Assembly: GCA_047404215.1 (NCBI GenBank)
Contig: JBDOIV010000005.1
Span: forward strand, 9,485 to 73,484
Direction of reading: 5' to 3'
Length of the DNA stretch: 64,000 nucleotides
From: Rickettsiales bacterium
GTDB taxonomy: Bacteria > Pseudomonadota > Alphaproteobacteria > Rickettsiales > UBA1997
Below are positions 29,182 to 40,138 of the stretch, piece by piece. The position numbers were made by a program, and so were the translations under genes. The notes beneath the pieces were generated by a model. The model worked only from the letters and a program-made list of their open reading frames with translations. It had not been told where the DNA came from and searched no databases. The number at the start of each line of letters is the position of its first letter. Within the stretch, counting starts at the first letter, position 1.

Positions 29182-31332
29182 TTATAGATCTTTGATTGTG
29201 ATATTAATGTTGAAAGACCTCTCTTTTTTGATAAGATTAGGTGTGTTTGTCTCCATAATTGAAAACTTTGTTAAAATACAACAATCAATATTCTCGATTG
29301 CAATTACTCTCATCAAATCTTGCTTTGTTCTTAAGTACCTAGTCAAAGATCCAGATAGCAATACTTTTGGAGTAATTTTATAGCTGGCATTAGTGGTGTT
29401 TTGAGATATTTTTTGATTTGATATTGCGCCTCTTCTTATCAATAGATACTCATTAGATAGACCAAAATTTTTGTAATTTAAGCTGGCGGAAATATAATTG
29501 ATTTTGTTATTTAGGTTTGACTCATCAAGCTGAAAGTTATAATTGATATTAAAAATATTATCATATTGATAAGAAGATTTACCAACGATATTTGATTTGT
29601 TGCTGTCACCACTGAAGCCTCTTACAATAACGTCATCAGTGTCTCTTGAATTGATTAAATGACTTTGACCAATATCTAACTCAAACCTTTGTTTGTCCTG
29701 ATATATTGTTGAGGTAACGCCATAATTGACGCGTTCTCCAACTTCAACACGATCATAGCCAGCAATTCTATCTTCTATAAAAAGATTATTGATTGTTAAT
29801 TCAGAATTATTGCTATCTTCATTGGGAATTGCAATAGGGTTTTTATTGTTGCCAGAAGATATAAACTGCACCTTTGGTTCTAAAACTATTATATTACCAT
29901 CTTTCTCTTGAATTAAAGGTAATTTCCACTCCGCAGAAAAATTACCTTTGCTATTAGACTGCTCTTTTTTAAAATTATTTTGGGGATCTCTATTACCATC
30001 TAAATTTTCTTCAATTAAATAATAATCGAATTGGTTAGATAGCTTTATATTAAATAAGTTTCCTTTGAAGTTGATAGGCACCTCAACTTTTGGAATTGTG
30101 GTGATACGATTATATTGAATTCCGCTTTCCCTAGTAATAGAGGTGATATTTGATGTTAAATGGTATGTTTCGTTGAAGAGTTTTGGTTTTGATTGAATAT
30201 GGTGAGAAATTGATGGCAATACCCATTGCGCCTGGTCTCTAGTTTGTAACTGTTCAAGCTCTTGAAACCTTATAGTCTCTGCTTTAAAGTAATTACGATT
30301 TTTAGTATATTCATAATTTATTTTTGACTCTGTGTACGGTATGAATTTGAAATTAAAATCTCTTAAGTAATCTTTATCACCAGTTGTTAATATATCAAAG
30401 TTAACATAGGAGTTTTTGTTATATATCAAATTACCAGATGATTTTATTAGATAGCGATAATCTGCATCAGTTCTGTTTTGAGTGGCAAGGTTTGATGAAG
30501 AGGATATTTCGTTATTAGATATTTCTAATTCTGCTTTATATTTTCCGTATTTAAGGATCTGCTCTAAAGAGGTGTTAACCGTTGCTTGATTATTACTAGG
30601 ATATATTTTGGGAGTGATAATTAGGTTGACACTATCTGAAATATTCGCGAAATAAGGAGTTTGGATACCAAAGCCAATACGTGAGTTATTAATGTATGAA
30701 GGTGTCAAAAAGCCGCTAGATCTTTTGTTTTGTTGGGTAGGGATGCTCAAATAAGGTGTATACAGAACAGGTATATCCATAATGTTGACAACAACATGTT
30801 TACTTACTATTCTTTTTTTGCTCTTATCGATTATGGTGTTTGCCGATTCTAGGGTAATTAAATTGCCTGAATTTCTGGCGAGATTGTTATTTTTGGTAAT
30901 ATCTTCATTCGCACAAATTGAAAATGAAGGTTTTAAAAATGATATTTTATTTGCTGAAGATTGAGTGGCGTCTTTGGCAGAAATAAATTTGCCGTCATTG
31001 AATATCAATATTGGATTGACAAATTGACCATTTGAAAAATCATCTTTGAGACGAACTTGATTTGAAAATAAATTCCCAACATCTTTATCGATTATAAAAG
31101 TCTCTGTATCGGAGCTGATCCAGCCGCTATTTTTATTATATATTATTTTGTCGGATATTAAGGTCTGATTTTGCTTGTTAACCTCGACATTACCTTTAGC
31201 AATTACCTGATTATCAATTTGGTCGCCATAGATTCTATCAGCCTTAATGGTAACTTTTTGCTCTTGGCAAAATACAATTTTTGGAACTAGTAAAAAAACT
31301 ACTATTAATATAGTATATATTCTGCAGCACAT
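29182..31332 (-). CDS. lptD: LPS-assembly outer-membrane protein LptD (OstA family)
   Basis: It has a signal peptide, an OstA-like N-terminal domain and a large Asn/Tyr-rich beta-barrel. Its start abuts the secD stop. Confidence 0.8.
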   Translation of the reverse strand: MCCRIYTILIVVFLLVPKIVFCQEQKVTIKADRIYGDQIDNQVIAKGNVEVNKQNQTLISDKIIYNKNSGWISSDTETFIIDKDVGNLFSNQVRLKDDFSNGQFVNPILIFNDGKFISAKDATQSSANKISFLKPSFSICANEDITKNNNLARNSGNLITLESANTIIDKSKKRIVSKHVVVNIMDIPVLYTPYLSIPTQQNKRSSGFLTPSYINNSRIGFGIQTPYFANISDSVNLIITPKIYPSNNQATVNTSLEQILKYGKYKAELEISNNEISSSSNLATQNRTDADYRYLIKSSGNLIYNKNSYVNFDILTTGDKDYLRDFNFKFIPYTESKINYEYTKNRNYFKAETIRFQELEQLQTRDQAQWVLPSISHHIQSKPKLFNETYHLTSNITSITRESGIQYNRITTIPKVEVPINFKGNLFNIKLSNQFDYYLIEENLDGNRDPQNNFKKEQSNSKGNFSAEWKLPLIQEKDGNIIVLEPKVQFISSGNNKNPIAIPNEDSNNSELTINNLFIEDRIAGYDRVEVGERVNYGVTSTIYQDKQRFELDIGQSHLINSRDTDDVIVRGFSGDSNKSNIVGKSSYQYDNIFNINYNFQLDESNLNNKINYISASLNYKNFGLSNEYLLIRRGAISNQKISQNTTNASYKITPKVLLSGSLTRYLRTKQDLMRVIAIENIDCCILTKFSIMETNTPNLIKKERSFNINITIKDL

Positions 31333-32874
31333 TTAGGATAAAATGGTTTTAGGCTTTTTACTTTTTATATATAGCAATATTAACATTCTAGTTACTATGA
31401 TAGAGCAAAACATTGAAGATAGTATGCCTATTGAAAGAGTAACGGCGAAGCCTTTCACTGGACCAGTGCCAAAAATAAATAAAGAAATAGCGACAATTAA
31501 GGTTGTTAAATTGGAATCTGTGATTGTACGAAATGCTTGTGCAAAGCCATTATCAAGAGATGCAAATATATTGTTTTTACTTTTTAACTCTTCTTTGATT
31601 CTTTCGAATATTAACACATTGGCGTCAACTGACATACCCATTGTCAAAGCTATGCCTGCAATACCAGGAAGAGTTAAGGTTGAGCCAAACAAGGCTAGTA
31701 CAGTAATAATGATACATATGTTAATCGCTAGTGCGATATTTGCAATTACTCCGAATAGTTTGTAAAAATATATCATCGCAATAATAATCAGGGCCAAGCT
31801 TATAATTGATGCAATAGTTCCACTCTTAATTGAGTCAGTCCCTAAGGAAGGTCCTACAGTTCTTTCTTCAATAATTTCAAGGGGAGCGGGTAGGGCGCCA
31901 GCTCTCAATAATAGGGCTAAGTCAGTTGCTTCTTGGGTGGTGAAGTTACCGCTGATAACTCCAGACCCTTGATTAATTGCTGAATTAATTCGAGGGGCGG
32001 TGATGACTTTATTATCCAGTACTATAGCAAATACTCTACCGATGTTTTCGGAGGTTAGTTTTGCAAATTTACTCTTTCCCTCCTTGTTGAATCTAAAGGA
32101 CACTGCGGGCTTGCCTTCGAAATAAGTAGGATTTGCGTCTACTAGCAGGTCTCCACTAATAGAAGCCTCCTTTTCTATGATGTAAGCTCTATTTTGATCG
32201 TCAAATACTTTACGAGACTTTTTGTTAATCATTTTAGTGAGATTGCCACCAGAGAAGGTGGAGTCCGATACAAAATGAAAGGACATTTTGGCAGTTTTTC
32301 CTAGTAGCCTTTTTACCTCTGAAGAATTTTGAACTCCAGGAACTTGTAGCAAGATCCTATCTTTGCCTTGCGCTTGAATAACTGGCTCTTTGGTGCCATT
32401 TTCGTCAATTCTTCTTCTTATAATCTCTATTGATTGGGCCACCAAAGACTTCCTTAGTCTATTAACCTCTGACTGTTTTAGGTAAAGACTAATATTGTTG
32501 TTGGATTCATAAAATTCAATATTTTGGTTTATTTCCAATGCTGATTTCTTGATTTTCTTTGATATTGAAGGGTTGAAATATTTAATGTTAATGGATTTGT
32601 CATCCTTAGAGATAATGAAGCGAATTAGATTTTTTTGCAGCCTTACTCTTGCCTCCTCTACAAAGTTACTCAGTACTTCATCATGGTAGCTGTTAAAATC
32701 GACTTCTAGTAATAAGTGAGAGCCTCCTTTTAAATCAAGCCCTAGATTTAATTTTTGGTTCGGAAAAGATTTGTTAAGAAAAGTGTTGTTAGTTAAGCAA
32801 GGTATCGCTAATACTATCGAGGCTATACATATTGCTATTGTTATAAATATAGTTAATCTAGAAAAATTTAACAT
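31333..32874 (-). CDS. secD: Protein translocase subunit SecD
   Basis: LNLGLDLKGGSHLLLEV is followed by a periplasmic domain and then six C-terminal TM helices. No secF follows it. Confidence 0.9.
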   Translation of the reverse strand: MLNFSRLTIFITIAICIASIVLAIPCLTNNTFLNKSFPNQKLNLGLDLKGGSHLLLEVDFNSYHDEVLSNFVEEARVRLQKNLIRFIISKDDKSINIKYFNPSISKKIKKSALEINQNIEFYESNNNISLYLKQSEVNRLRKSLVAQSIEIIRRRIDENGTKEPVIQAQGKDRILLQVPGVQNSSEVKRLLGKTAKMSFHFVSDSTFSGGNLTKMINKKSRKVFDDQNRAYIIEKEASISGDLLVDANPTYFEGKPAVSFRFNKEGKSKFAKLTSENIGRVFAIVLDNKVITAPRINSAINQGSGVISGNFTTQEATDLALLLRAGALPAPLEIIEERTVGPSLGTDSIKSGTIASIISLALIIIAMIYFYKLFGVIANIALAINICIIITVLALFGSTLTLPGIAGIALTMGMSVDANVLIFERIKEELKSKNNIFASLDNGFAQAFRTITDSNLTTLIVAISLFIFGTGPVKGFAVTLSIGILSSMFCSIIVTRMLILLYIKSKKPKTILS

Positions 32875-32883
32875 AAGTTGCCT

Positions 32884-33249
32884 TTATTTCTTTTTATCTT
32901 TTTTATTCTTTTTGTTACTTTTTGATTTTACAACTTCTAAAACATTGTGTTTTACTATTTGGATTACGACATCATCAGCAATATGTAAATCAACTATACC
33001 CTCCTTATTGTTGATGTCTGAAATAACCCCTATGATGCCGCTGCTAGTAATTACTTTATCACCTTTCTTGATGTTATTTACCAAGGCTTGGTGCTCTTTC
33101 ATTTTTTTATTTTGTGGCCTGATGAGTAAAATGTAAAAAATTACAAATATTAGCAATAAAGGAACAAAGCTTGAAAAAGAAAAACCTTCGGCATTTTGGC
33201 CATTAACAGCCGATACTTCCTGAGCTTGTACTTGTGAAATTAAATTCAT
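32884..33249 (-). CDS. yajC: Preprotein translocase subunit YajC
   Basis: LLIFVIFYILLIRPQNKKMKEHQALVNNIKKGDKVITSSGIIG, with a Lys-rich tail. Confidence 0.85.
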   Translation of the reverse strand: MNLISQVQAQEVSAVNGQNAEGFSFSSFVPLLLIFVIFYILLIRPQNKKMKEHQALVNNIKKGDKVITSSGIIGVISDINNKEGIVDLHIADDVVIQIVKHNVLEVVKSKSNKKNKKDKKK

Positions 33250-33266
33250 TTTTAATAATTTAAAGT

Positions 33267-33920
33267 TTATATTTTTTGACCACTAGCCTTAAAGTCTTTG
33301 ATAAAGACCTCTAAACCTTTGTCAGTAAGGGGGTGAGATACTAGTTGTTTTAGTACTTTTCCTGGAATTGTCGCAACATCAGCTCCGATTTTAGCGGCAT
33401 TAACAATGTGAATTGGATTTCTGATTGATGCTACTAATACTTGAGTTTCAAATTCTGGATAGTTTGAGTATATTGAGCATATTTCGTCAATTAATCCCAT
33501 TCCCTCAAGTCCGATATCATCTAATCTGCCAACAAAGGGCGAGATGTAGGTAGCGCCAGCTTTGGCCGCCATGATTGCTTGAGCGGCGCTGAAACATAAT
33601 GTTACATTTGTTTGAATACCTTTGTCTGAAAAATACTTACAGGCTTTAAGGCCGTCTATTGTAAGAGGAAGCTTGATACATACATTGTCAGCAATTTCTT
33701 TAAGGATTTCTCCTTCTTTGATTATGTTTTGAAAATCAGTAGACCCAACTTCGGCACTGACCGGGCCATCCACTATCTGACATATTTCGCCAATAGTTTC
33801 TTTAAAGTCTTTTTTGGTTTTTGCAATTAATGATGGATTGGTAGTTACGCCATCCAGCATACCATAATCAGATAGCTCTTTAATCTCTTCGATATCTGCA
33901 GAATCTATAAAAAATTTCAT
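33267..33920 (-). CDS. tal: Transaldolase type 3B / fructose-6-phosphate aldolase family
   Basis: It starts [15 protein letters not shown]...GVTTNPSL, has an active-site region IKLP and is 217 aa. Confidence 0.85.
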   Translation of the reverse strand: MKFFIDSADIEEIKELSDYGMLDGVTTNPSLIAKTKKDFKETIGEICQIVDGPVSAEVGSTDFQNIIKEGEILKEIADNVCIKLPLTIDGLKACKYFSDKGIQTNVTLCFSAAQAIMAAKAGATYISPFVGRLDDIGLEGMGLIDEICSIYSNYPEFETQVLVASIRNPIHIVNAAKIGADVATIPGKVLKQLVSHPLTDKGLEVFIKDFKASGQKI

Positions 33921-34023
33921 TTCTTAACTATTTTGTTGCTAAAAATTAATATTAATTATATTATAATTGAAAATGATTGTAAATCAACATAAAATTTTAA
34001 TTTTTCTTATTAATTACCAATAA

Positions 34024-36027
34024 ATGCAGAAATTTGTTGAAGTGCTATTGCCACTTCCTTTTGATAATTGTTTTACTTATGAATCTAACATGGATCTTGG
34101 TGTTGGAGATGTTGTGCAGGTTGAATTTGGCAGAAGAAGGGTGTCGGGCGTTGTCTATAAGGTTTTATCTGGTGATGAAGCGATAGCTGTTAAAGGCAAT
34201 TCTAAATATAAAATCAAGAGTATTGATAGTAAAAATGAGCTACTATCGATAAATAAAGCTAATTTGGATTTTATTGACGATGTGAGTAGATATAACATGG
34301 CTACTAAAGGCTTGGTCTTAAAGTCTTTTATTGGTTTTTTAAATTCTGATAAAGTTAGCGAAAAAACGATAAGCGGCTCTGCTATTGATCAAGAGATAGA
34401 TAGCGATATTTTTGCAACTAAGTCGCTGTCGCAATCTCAAAGTGAAGTGGCTAAGGATATTTATCACAAAATGACAATTAAGGAACCTCCTCTGGTTTCT
34501 TTAATTGACGGCGTTACCGGCTCGGGCAAGACGGAAATATATTTTGAAATCATTGCAAAAATGTTGCGCGATAACAAGGATAATAGCCAGATTTTGATTA
34601 TACTGCCCGAGATATCTTTGTCTGCTCAGTTGTTAACAAGATTTGAAGATGTTTTTAAATTTAAGCCAGTGTTGTGGCACTCTAAGATTTCTAAAAAAGA
34701 TAAAAGGGGGGCTTTTTACGGAATTGCTAATGGTTCAGTTAAGGTTGTTATAGGAGCTCGATCAGCACTTTTGCTGCCATTCAAAAATCTCAAAATTATT
34801 GTTGTTGACGAAGAGCATGATCCATCTTTAAAACAAGAAGAAGTTTTTAATTTTAATGCTCGTGATATGGCGATATTAAGAGGTAGCAATGAAAAGTTTC
34901 CGGTGATTTTGTGCTCTGCAACCCCTTCTGTTGAGAGCTATAGTAACGCTAAAGCGGGTAAGTATAATTATTATATTCTGAAAAATAAATTTCACCAAAA
35001 AAATAACGAAGTGCAGATTGTTGATTTAAGAATTGATAGGTTAAAAAAGAATTCTTATATTAGCGATAAATTAAAAAAAGAAATTATTACCACTTTAGGT
35101 AAAAAGAAGCAGGTCTTATTGTTTGTTAATAGAAGAGGCTATAGTCCGGTTGTGATGTGTAGCAGTTGCGGAGAAAAAGTTACCTGCGGTAATTGCTCAG
35201 CAAATATGGTTTATCACAAGACAAAAAAACAGTTAATATGTCATTATTGTGATAACAAGATGGAATTTTCTAGCGATTGTTCAAAGTGTGGCTCTAAAGG
35301 CACTATTATTGATGTAGGTGTCGGTGTCGAAAAGTTGCATGAGGAAGTTAAGGGTTTATTTCCAGATTCTAAAACTACAATTGTCACCAGTGATAGCGTT
35401 GGTAGTTTTGATGATATGAAGAATGTGGTTGATCAAATTTCTAATAATGAAATAGATATCATAATAGGAACCCAGATGATTTCTAAAGGCTATGATTTTA
35501 AGGACTTAGAGCTGATTGGTATAGTCGATGTCGACTCTATATTATATTCTTCTGATTTTAGATCTCTAGAAAGATCTTTTCAATTACTAAGTCAATTATC
35601 AGGTAGAGCAGGCAGAAGAGATAGTCCAGGTAAGGTGCTGATACAAACTTACAATGACCAAAATTATATTTTAAAAATTATAAAAGATCTGGATAAGGAT
35701 GGTTTTTATAACTTTGAATTAAAAAATCGTAAAATGATGGAATTTCCTCCTTTTTCAAAAATGGTTAAGATGGAAATATCGTCATTTAGTGAAGATGAGT
35801 GTAAAAAATTTTGTTCTGAAATAAAAAATTTTTTACCGATTAATGATAAAATAGAAGTCTCTGGACCAGCTCCTGCTCCGGTTTTAAGATTAAAAAACCG
35901 ATATTTTTACAATCTTTTTATTAAAGTTAATAAAAAAATTAACTTGCACAAATTAATTTTAGATATTAAAAATAGTATAGGTAGTAAAAAAAATATTAAA
36001 TTTAGGATTGACATTGATCCTAACTAG
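34024..36027 (+). CDS. priA: Primosomal protein N' (replication restart helicase PriA)
   Basis: Walker A is GVTGSGKTE and the DEEH box is present. The Cys-rich zinc-binding insert is CSSCGEKVTCGNC...CHYC...CSKCGS. Confidence 0.9.
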   Translation: MQKFVEVLLPLPFDNCFTYESNMDLGVGDVVQVEFGRRRVSGVVYKVLSGDEAIAVKGNSKYKIKSIDSKNELLSINKANLDFIDDVSRYNMATKGLVLKSFIGFLNSDKVSEKTISGSAIDQEIDSDIFATKSLSQSQSEVAKDIYHKMTIKEPPLVSLIDGVTGSGKTEIYFEIIAKMLRDNKDNSQILIILPEISLSAQLLTRFEDVFKFKPVLWHSKISKKDKRGAFYGIANGSVKVVIGARSALLLPFKNLKIIVVDEEHDPSLKQEEVFNFNARDMAILRGSNEKFPVILCSATPSVESYSNAKAGKYNYYILKNKFHQKNNEVQIVDLRIDRLKKNSYISDKLKKEIITTLGKKKQVLLFVNRRGYSPVVMCSSCGEKVTCGNCSANMVYHKTKKQLICHYCDNKMEFSSDCSKCGSKGTIIDVGVGVEKLHEEVKGLFPDSKTTIVTSDSVGSFDDMKNVVDQISNNEIDIIIGTQMISKGYDFKDLELIGIVDVDSILYSSDFRSLERSFQLLSQLSGRAGRRDSPGKVLIQTYNDQNYILKIIKDLDKDGFYNFELKNRKMMEFPPFSKMVKMEISSFSEDECKKFCSEIKNFLPINDKIEVSGPAPAPVLRLKNRYFYNLFIKVNKKINLHKLILDIKNSIGSKKNIKFRIDIDPN

Positions 36028-36079
36028 TGTTTAATTGGTATTGTTGTGGTGTTATTAATAATAATTTAATTTAGATAGT

Positions 36080-36472
36080 ATGAAAAACGTACTGACAATG
36101 TTTAAAAATAAAACATCTGAAGGTTCTCATAGTGAAGATTTTTCTGATTCTAATGTAAAGTCTACTAATATCTCTAAAGATTTTGATGACTTCGACGAAT
36201 TGGATGATTTTACTGACTTGGAAAGTGAAGATGATAATAACGATGTCTTTGAAGATTTTACTGACAAGGTGCAATCTTTATTGGATCAAGGTGCTGAATC
36301 TCTTGAAATTGCTGAAGTGAAAACCTCGCAACTTGAAGATTTGGACCCCGAGTCAGAAGATTATGAAAAAATGGTAGAAGAAGTTAAGGCTGCTCAAAGT
36401 GATGCTAGACAGTACTTTGATGATGCGGAATTCTTGATCAAAAAAGCTAATGAAATATTAGAGAAAAAATAA
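36080..36472 (+). CDS. Hypothetical highly acidic 130-aa protein
   Basis: The ORF has Asp/Glu/Phe-rich repeats (DFDDFDELDDFTDLESEDD). I recognise no family. Confidence 0.4.
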   Translation: MKNVLTMFKNKTSEGSHSEDFSDSNVKSTNISKDFDDFDELDDFTDLESEDDNNDVFEDFTDKVQSLLDQGAESLEIAEVKTSQLEDLDPESEDYEKMVEEVKAAQSDARQYFDDAEFLIKKANEILEKK

Positions 36473-36492
36473 TTTTGAAAAATTAATTAATT

Positions 36493-36810
36493 ATGACAAA
36501 AGAAATATCTGATAACGATTTTAAAGATAAGGTTTTAAATTCTGACAAGCCTGTTTTGGTAGATTTTTGGGCACCGTGGTGTGGACCATGCCGAATGCTT
36601 GCTCCAATCATCGATGAAGTGTCTGAAGAGTTGGGTGGTAGTGTGGAGGTATATAAATGCAACATTGAAGAAAATCCGGAAGCGCCTTCTGAGCATGGTG
36701 TTAGAAGTATCCCGACTATGATGATATTCAAAGGAGGTCAGTTGGTTGATACTAAAATAGGATCTTTGCAAAAACCTGCTTTGCATGACTGGATTAAGTC
36801 AAATATATAA
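36493..36810 (+). CDS. trxA: Thioredoxin
   Basis: It has the WAPWCGPCR active site and is 105 aa. Confidence 0.95.
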   Translation: MTKEISDNDFKDKVLNSDKPVLVDFWAPWCGPCRMLAPIIDEVSEELGGSVEVYKCNIEENPEAPSEHGVRSIPTMMIFKGGQLVDTKIGSLQKPALHDWIKSNI

Positions 36811-37771
36811 CTCTGAAGATTCCAAAAAGTCTCTAATTGCTTCATTAGAAAGGTATGGTGATTTTATACTAAAAGAGTCCTTGACTTCCCTATGGTGTAG
36901 TTTTGGTTTAAAGTTAGTGGCTGGTTTGGAAATAGAGCTCTATCTAAAAAGCGTTAATCAAGAGGTTGAGGTTGACAAGGACCTTTTAAAAGATATTATT
37001 GCAGGAATTAATTGCCGCTGCGGTAATGTCTTTGATAGTTTTCTGGTTGCAGAATCAGAGAGGGGGTTTAATCAGATTGAGATTAAAACTATAGCTACTA
37101 GTAATATAGATGGGTTATTAAAAGAGGTTGGCCTGATCCTTGGCGAGGTTAATGGTTATTTGAAGGAGCGTTATATCTCTGCGATATATAAGGCCAGGCC
37201 TTACGACTATGATTGTGCTAATGCGCTACAGCTAAACCTATCCCTTAAAAGTAATAGTAGCGACAATGTCTTTGCTAATTACCCCGAATTAATGTCCAAA
37301 ATATCTGATTACTTAATTAGGTATCTTGATGAAACTTTGATATTTTCCAGTTCCAAAGGGGAGGATTTTGTACGATATGACGTTGAATATAACAAATCCA
37401 TCTTTAAACAAGGAAAATTTGTAGCACCGACATATAAAAGTTGGGGTTATGATAACAGAACTTGCGCCGTTAGAGTAGTGAAATCGACTGAAGATATTCA
37501 CGATTCTCGTATCGAACTAAGAACACCATCTAATAGTGCTAATCTTGAATTGCTAACTGCTGCAATTGCAATAATAATTGATAAATTTTATCAAGATATA
37601 GCGGGTTATCAATCTATTAACAAGGCTGTTTATGGTAACTCTTTTGATAGTAATTATGAGCTTCAAAAAATATCGAGTAGTTATTTGCAGGCGGTAGAGG
37701 ATTTTTTTGCCTCACCCTCACTAATTATGCAAAAAATGAAAAATATTTTACAAAGCAATAGCTTATTTTAG
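36785..37771 (+). CDS. Divergent glutamine-synthetase-like catalytic-domain protein (short, 328 aa)
   Basis: WGYDNRTCAVRV...SRIELRTPSNSANLELLTAAIAII parallels the GS C-terminal motifs NRSaxIRIP / RxExRxPDxxxNPYL. The annotated start overlaps trxA by 26 nt. Confidence 0.45.
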   Translation: MTGLSQIYNSEDSKKSLIASLERYGDFILKESLTSLWCSFGLKLVAGLEIELYLKSVNQEVEVDKDLLKDIIAGINCRCGNVFDSFLVAESERGFNQIEIKTIATSNIDGLLKEVGLILGEVNGYLKERYISAIYKARPYDYDCANALQLNLSLKSNSSDNVFANYPELMSKISDYLIRYLDETLIFSSSKGEDFVRYDVEYNKSIFKQGKFVAPTYKSWGYDNRTCAVRVVKSTEDIHDSRIELRTPSNSANLELLTAAIAIIIDKFYQDIAGYQSINKAVYGNSFDSNYELQKISSSYLQAVEDFFASPSLIMQKMKNILQSNSLF

Positions 37772-38866
37772 CAATTTGAAAGCGATGTTTCTAGGTAATA
37801 GCGCATAGTATTTGCCGTAATTTGACATCGAAGATGCTTTATGCTGAGCTTCATCTCCATAGCCAAAGAAAATATCACCTCTGACTGCTCCCTTGATAGC
37901 GGAGCCGGTATCTTGAGCTATCATTAAGTTGTGATAATCTTTGCCATTGATAGTAGTGTCAAGCCATAATGGTAGGCCGTATGGAATTATATTCTTATCT
38001 ACAGCTAAAGACTTTTCTCTTGTTAACTCGACACCTTGAGCACCAATTACGTATTCTTCTTTTGATACTTTAAAGAATATATATGATTGATTAAAGTTCA
38101 TTGCTTCTTTGGCTACCTCAGGGTTTTCTTTGAGCCATTTTTTGATATTTTCAGCAGAAATCTCTCTTTTGCTAAGAAAGTTGTTGTCTAAAAGGTAGGT
38201 AGATATGGGTGAAAATGGCTGATTATTTTTTGCAGCATACGATATTCTTAGTACTGCGCCAGAAGGCAGTTTAACTCTACCAGAACCTTGAATGTGCATA
38301 AAAAATAATTCAACAGCATCGTCAACGTAAACTATCTCTAGATCTTTGCTTTTTAAAGCTCCGGATTCTATTTGTTGTCTAGTGAGATATGGGTCTTTGA
38401 TGAGGTCGGTAGGTTTGGCATAGATAGGGTACTTGAATCTTTCCGATTTTATTTTGCTACCATTTAAACTAGCTTCGTAGTACCCGGTAAACAATCCTCT
38501 GGACTCGTTATCCCTGTTGGTTACTAAATAAGGCTTAAACCAGTTTTGAAAAAAGTTCGATATTTGTCTATCGCTGAGACCTTTGATTACATTGCCAATT
38601 TCACAGACGTCACGAAAGTCGGATGCATAAATATTTCCTATTTGACCTCCAATGGAGCGAGACTGTGGCATTTTGGCGAGCTTCTTGCAAGAGTTGAGAA
38701 ATGATAGCAAGGACTCTCTGTGCCTATTATCTTCCCAACTTTCAAGATCTTCAAATTTTACCTCTTGTAACTTAATATCCCCTTTGCCCCTAATAACGGT
38801 GTTAGTTTTGAAGCAAGAGGTTATTAATAAGGTCAATAAAGCTAAGCAGGCGAAGTTTTTTATCAT
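37763..38866 (-). CDS. mltA: Membrane-bound lytic murein transglycosylase A
   Basis: It has a lipoprotein-type signal (LLITSC), an MltA-specific domain and a C-terminal 3D domain (QDTGSAIKGAVRGDIFFG). Confidence 0.85.
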   Translation of the reverse strand: MIKNFACLALLTLLITSCFKTNTVIRGKGDIKLQEVKFEDLESWEDNRHRESLLSFLNSCKKLAKMPQSRSIGGQIGNIYASDFRDVCEIGNVIKGLSDRQISNFFQNWFKPYLVTNRDNESRGLFTGYYEASLNGSKIKSERFKYPIYAKPTDLIKDPYLTRQQIESGALKSKDLEIVYVDDAVELFFMHIQGSGRVKLPSGAVLRISYAAKNNQPFSPISTYLLDNNFLSKREISAENIKKWLKENPEVAKEAMNFNQSYIFFKVSKEEYVIGAQGVELTREKSLAVDKNIIPYGLPLWLDTTINGKDYHNLMIAQDTGSAIKGAVRGDIFFGYGDEAQHKASSMSNYGKYYALLPRNIAFKLLK

Positions 38867-39026
38867 AACTAAATTATTTTTTTGTCCTTATAATATTAAT
38901 ACAGTAATAAAATTTAAAATGCGACTATTATTTTAAATTCTTAATAGTTGATTTTTTCTAAACCTTGTATTAAAGTTGTAATGTAGCTATTTTGTGGCTA
39001 TTTTGAAGTAATAAAATTAGTAAAAT

Positions 39027-40124
39027 ATGTCTTTAAAATGCGGAATCGTTGGCTTACCTAATGTTGGTAAATCGACTTTATTTAACGCTCTTACTCAAAC
39101 TGCTGCTGCTGAAGCTGCGAATTATCCATTTTGCACTATTGAACCCAATGTCGGCAGGGTTGCGGTTCCTGATGATCGAATCTCAAAATTAGCGCAAATT
39201 GCCGGCTCTGCGGAGATAATACCAACGCAAATTGAATTTGTTGATATTGCTGGGCTAGTTAAAGGGGCTAGCAAGGGAGAGGGTCTTGGTAATCAGTTCT
39301 TGTCTCATATCAGAGAGGTTGATGCAATAATTAATGTTGTTAGGTGTTTTGAAGATGGTGATATTACTCATGTTGAGGGGAGTGTTGACCCACTGCGTGA
39401 TTTGGAGTTGATTCAGATTGAGCTTATTTTAGCTGATTTAGAAAGTTTAGAAAAAAGACTACCCAACCTTGAAAAGAAGGCGAGGCAGGATAAGGAGTTG
39501 TTGTCGCAAGTTGAGTTAATTAAGAAAATTATCACAATCCTTGAAGACAATAAGCCGGCTCGATCATATCAAGCAATCGATGAGCAAGAAGAGAGGTTGG
39601 TTAAGAATTTGCAACTAATTACTTTTAAGTCACAGCTAATTGTTTGCAACCTAAAAGAAGATGAGGTTCAGGGTAATAAGTATAGTCAAAAAGTAGCAGA
39701 CTTTGGCAAGCAAAACAATATTCGAGTGTTGAATATTTCTGCGCAAATTGAAGCTGAGATTTCAGCGCTAGAAAGCGAAGAAGAAAAGCAAGAATTTTTG
39801 GAATCGGTCGGTTTAAAAGAAACTGGTTTATCGCAAATAATTAGAAATTCATACCAAACTTTGAATTTAGTTACCTTTTTCACTGTTGGACCAAAAGAGT
39901 GTCATGCTTGGACCGTTAAGAAAGACTCGTTAGCGCCAAAAGCAGCCGGCGTTATTCACACCGACTTTGAAACTGGGTTTATTAGGGCTGAAACCATTGC
40001 TGCTACCGACTATATCGAGTTAGGTGGTGAAGATTCTTGTAAAAATGTTGGTAAAGTTAGGGTAGAAGGTAAGGAATACGTTGTCCAAGATGGCGATATT
40101 TTTCATTTCCGCTTTAATAATTAA
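39027..40124 (+). CDS. ychF: Ribosome-binding ATPase YchF
   Basis: The G1 motif is GIVGLPNVGKSTLFNALT and a TGS-like C-terminus is present. Length is 365 aa. Confidence 0.95.
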   Translation: MSLKCGIVGLPNVGKSTLFNALTQTAAAEAANYPFCTIEPNVGRVAVPDDRISKLAQIAGSAEIIPTQIEFVDIAGLVKGASKGEGLGNQFLSHIREVDAIINVVRCFEDGDITHVEGSVDPLRDLELIQIELILADLESLEKRLPNLEKKARQDKELLSQVELIKKIITILEDNKPARSYQAIDEQEERLVKNLQLITFKSQLIVCNLKEDEVQGNKYSQKVADFGKQNNIRVLNISAQIEAEISALESEEEKQEFLESVGLKETGLSQIIRNSYQTLNLVTFFTVGPKECHAWTVKKDSLAPKAAGVIHTDFETGFIRAETIAATDYIELGGEDSCKNVGKVRVEGKEYVVQDGDIFHFRFNN

Positions 40125-40138
40125 TGATATAAGTATAA

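Noticed and set aside
27187-29300. A Tn7-like insertion at the glmS attachment site as an explanation for the G+C-rich genes.
   Set aside because: attTn7 lies downstream of the glmS 3' end. Here the G+C-rich ORFs are upstream of glmS, lptD follows glmS within 5 bp, and no tnsABCD-like genes exist.
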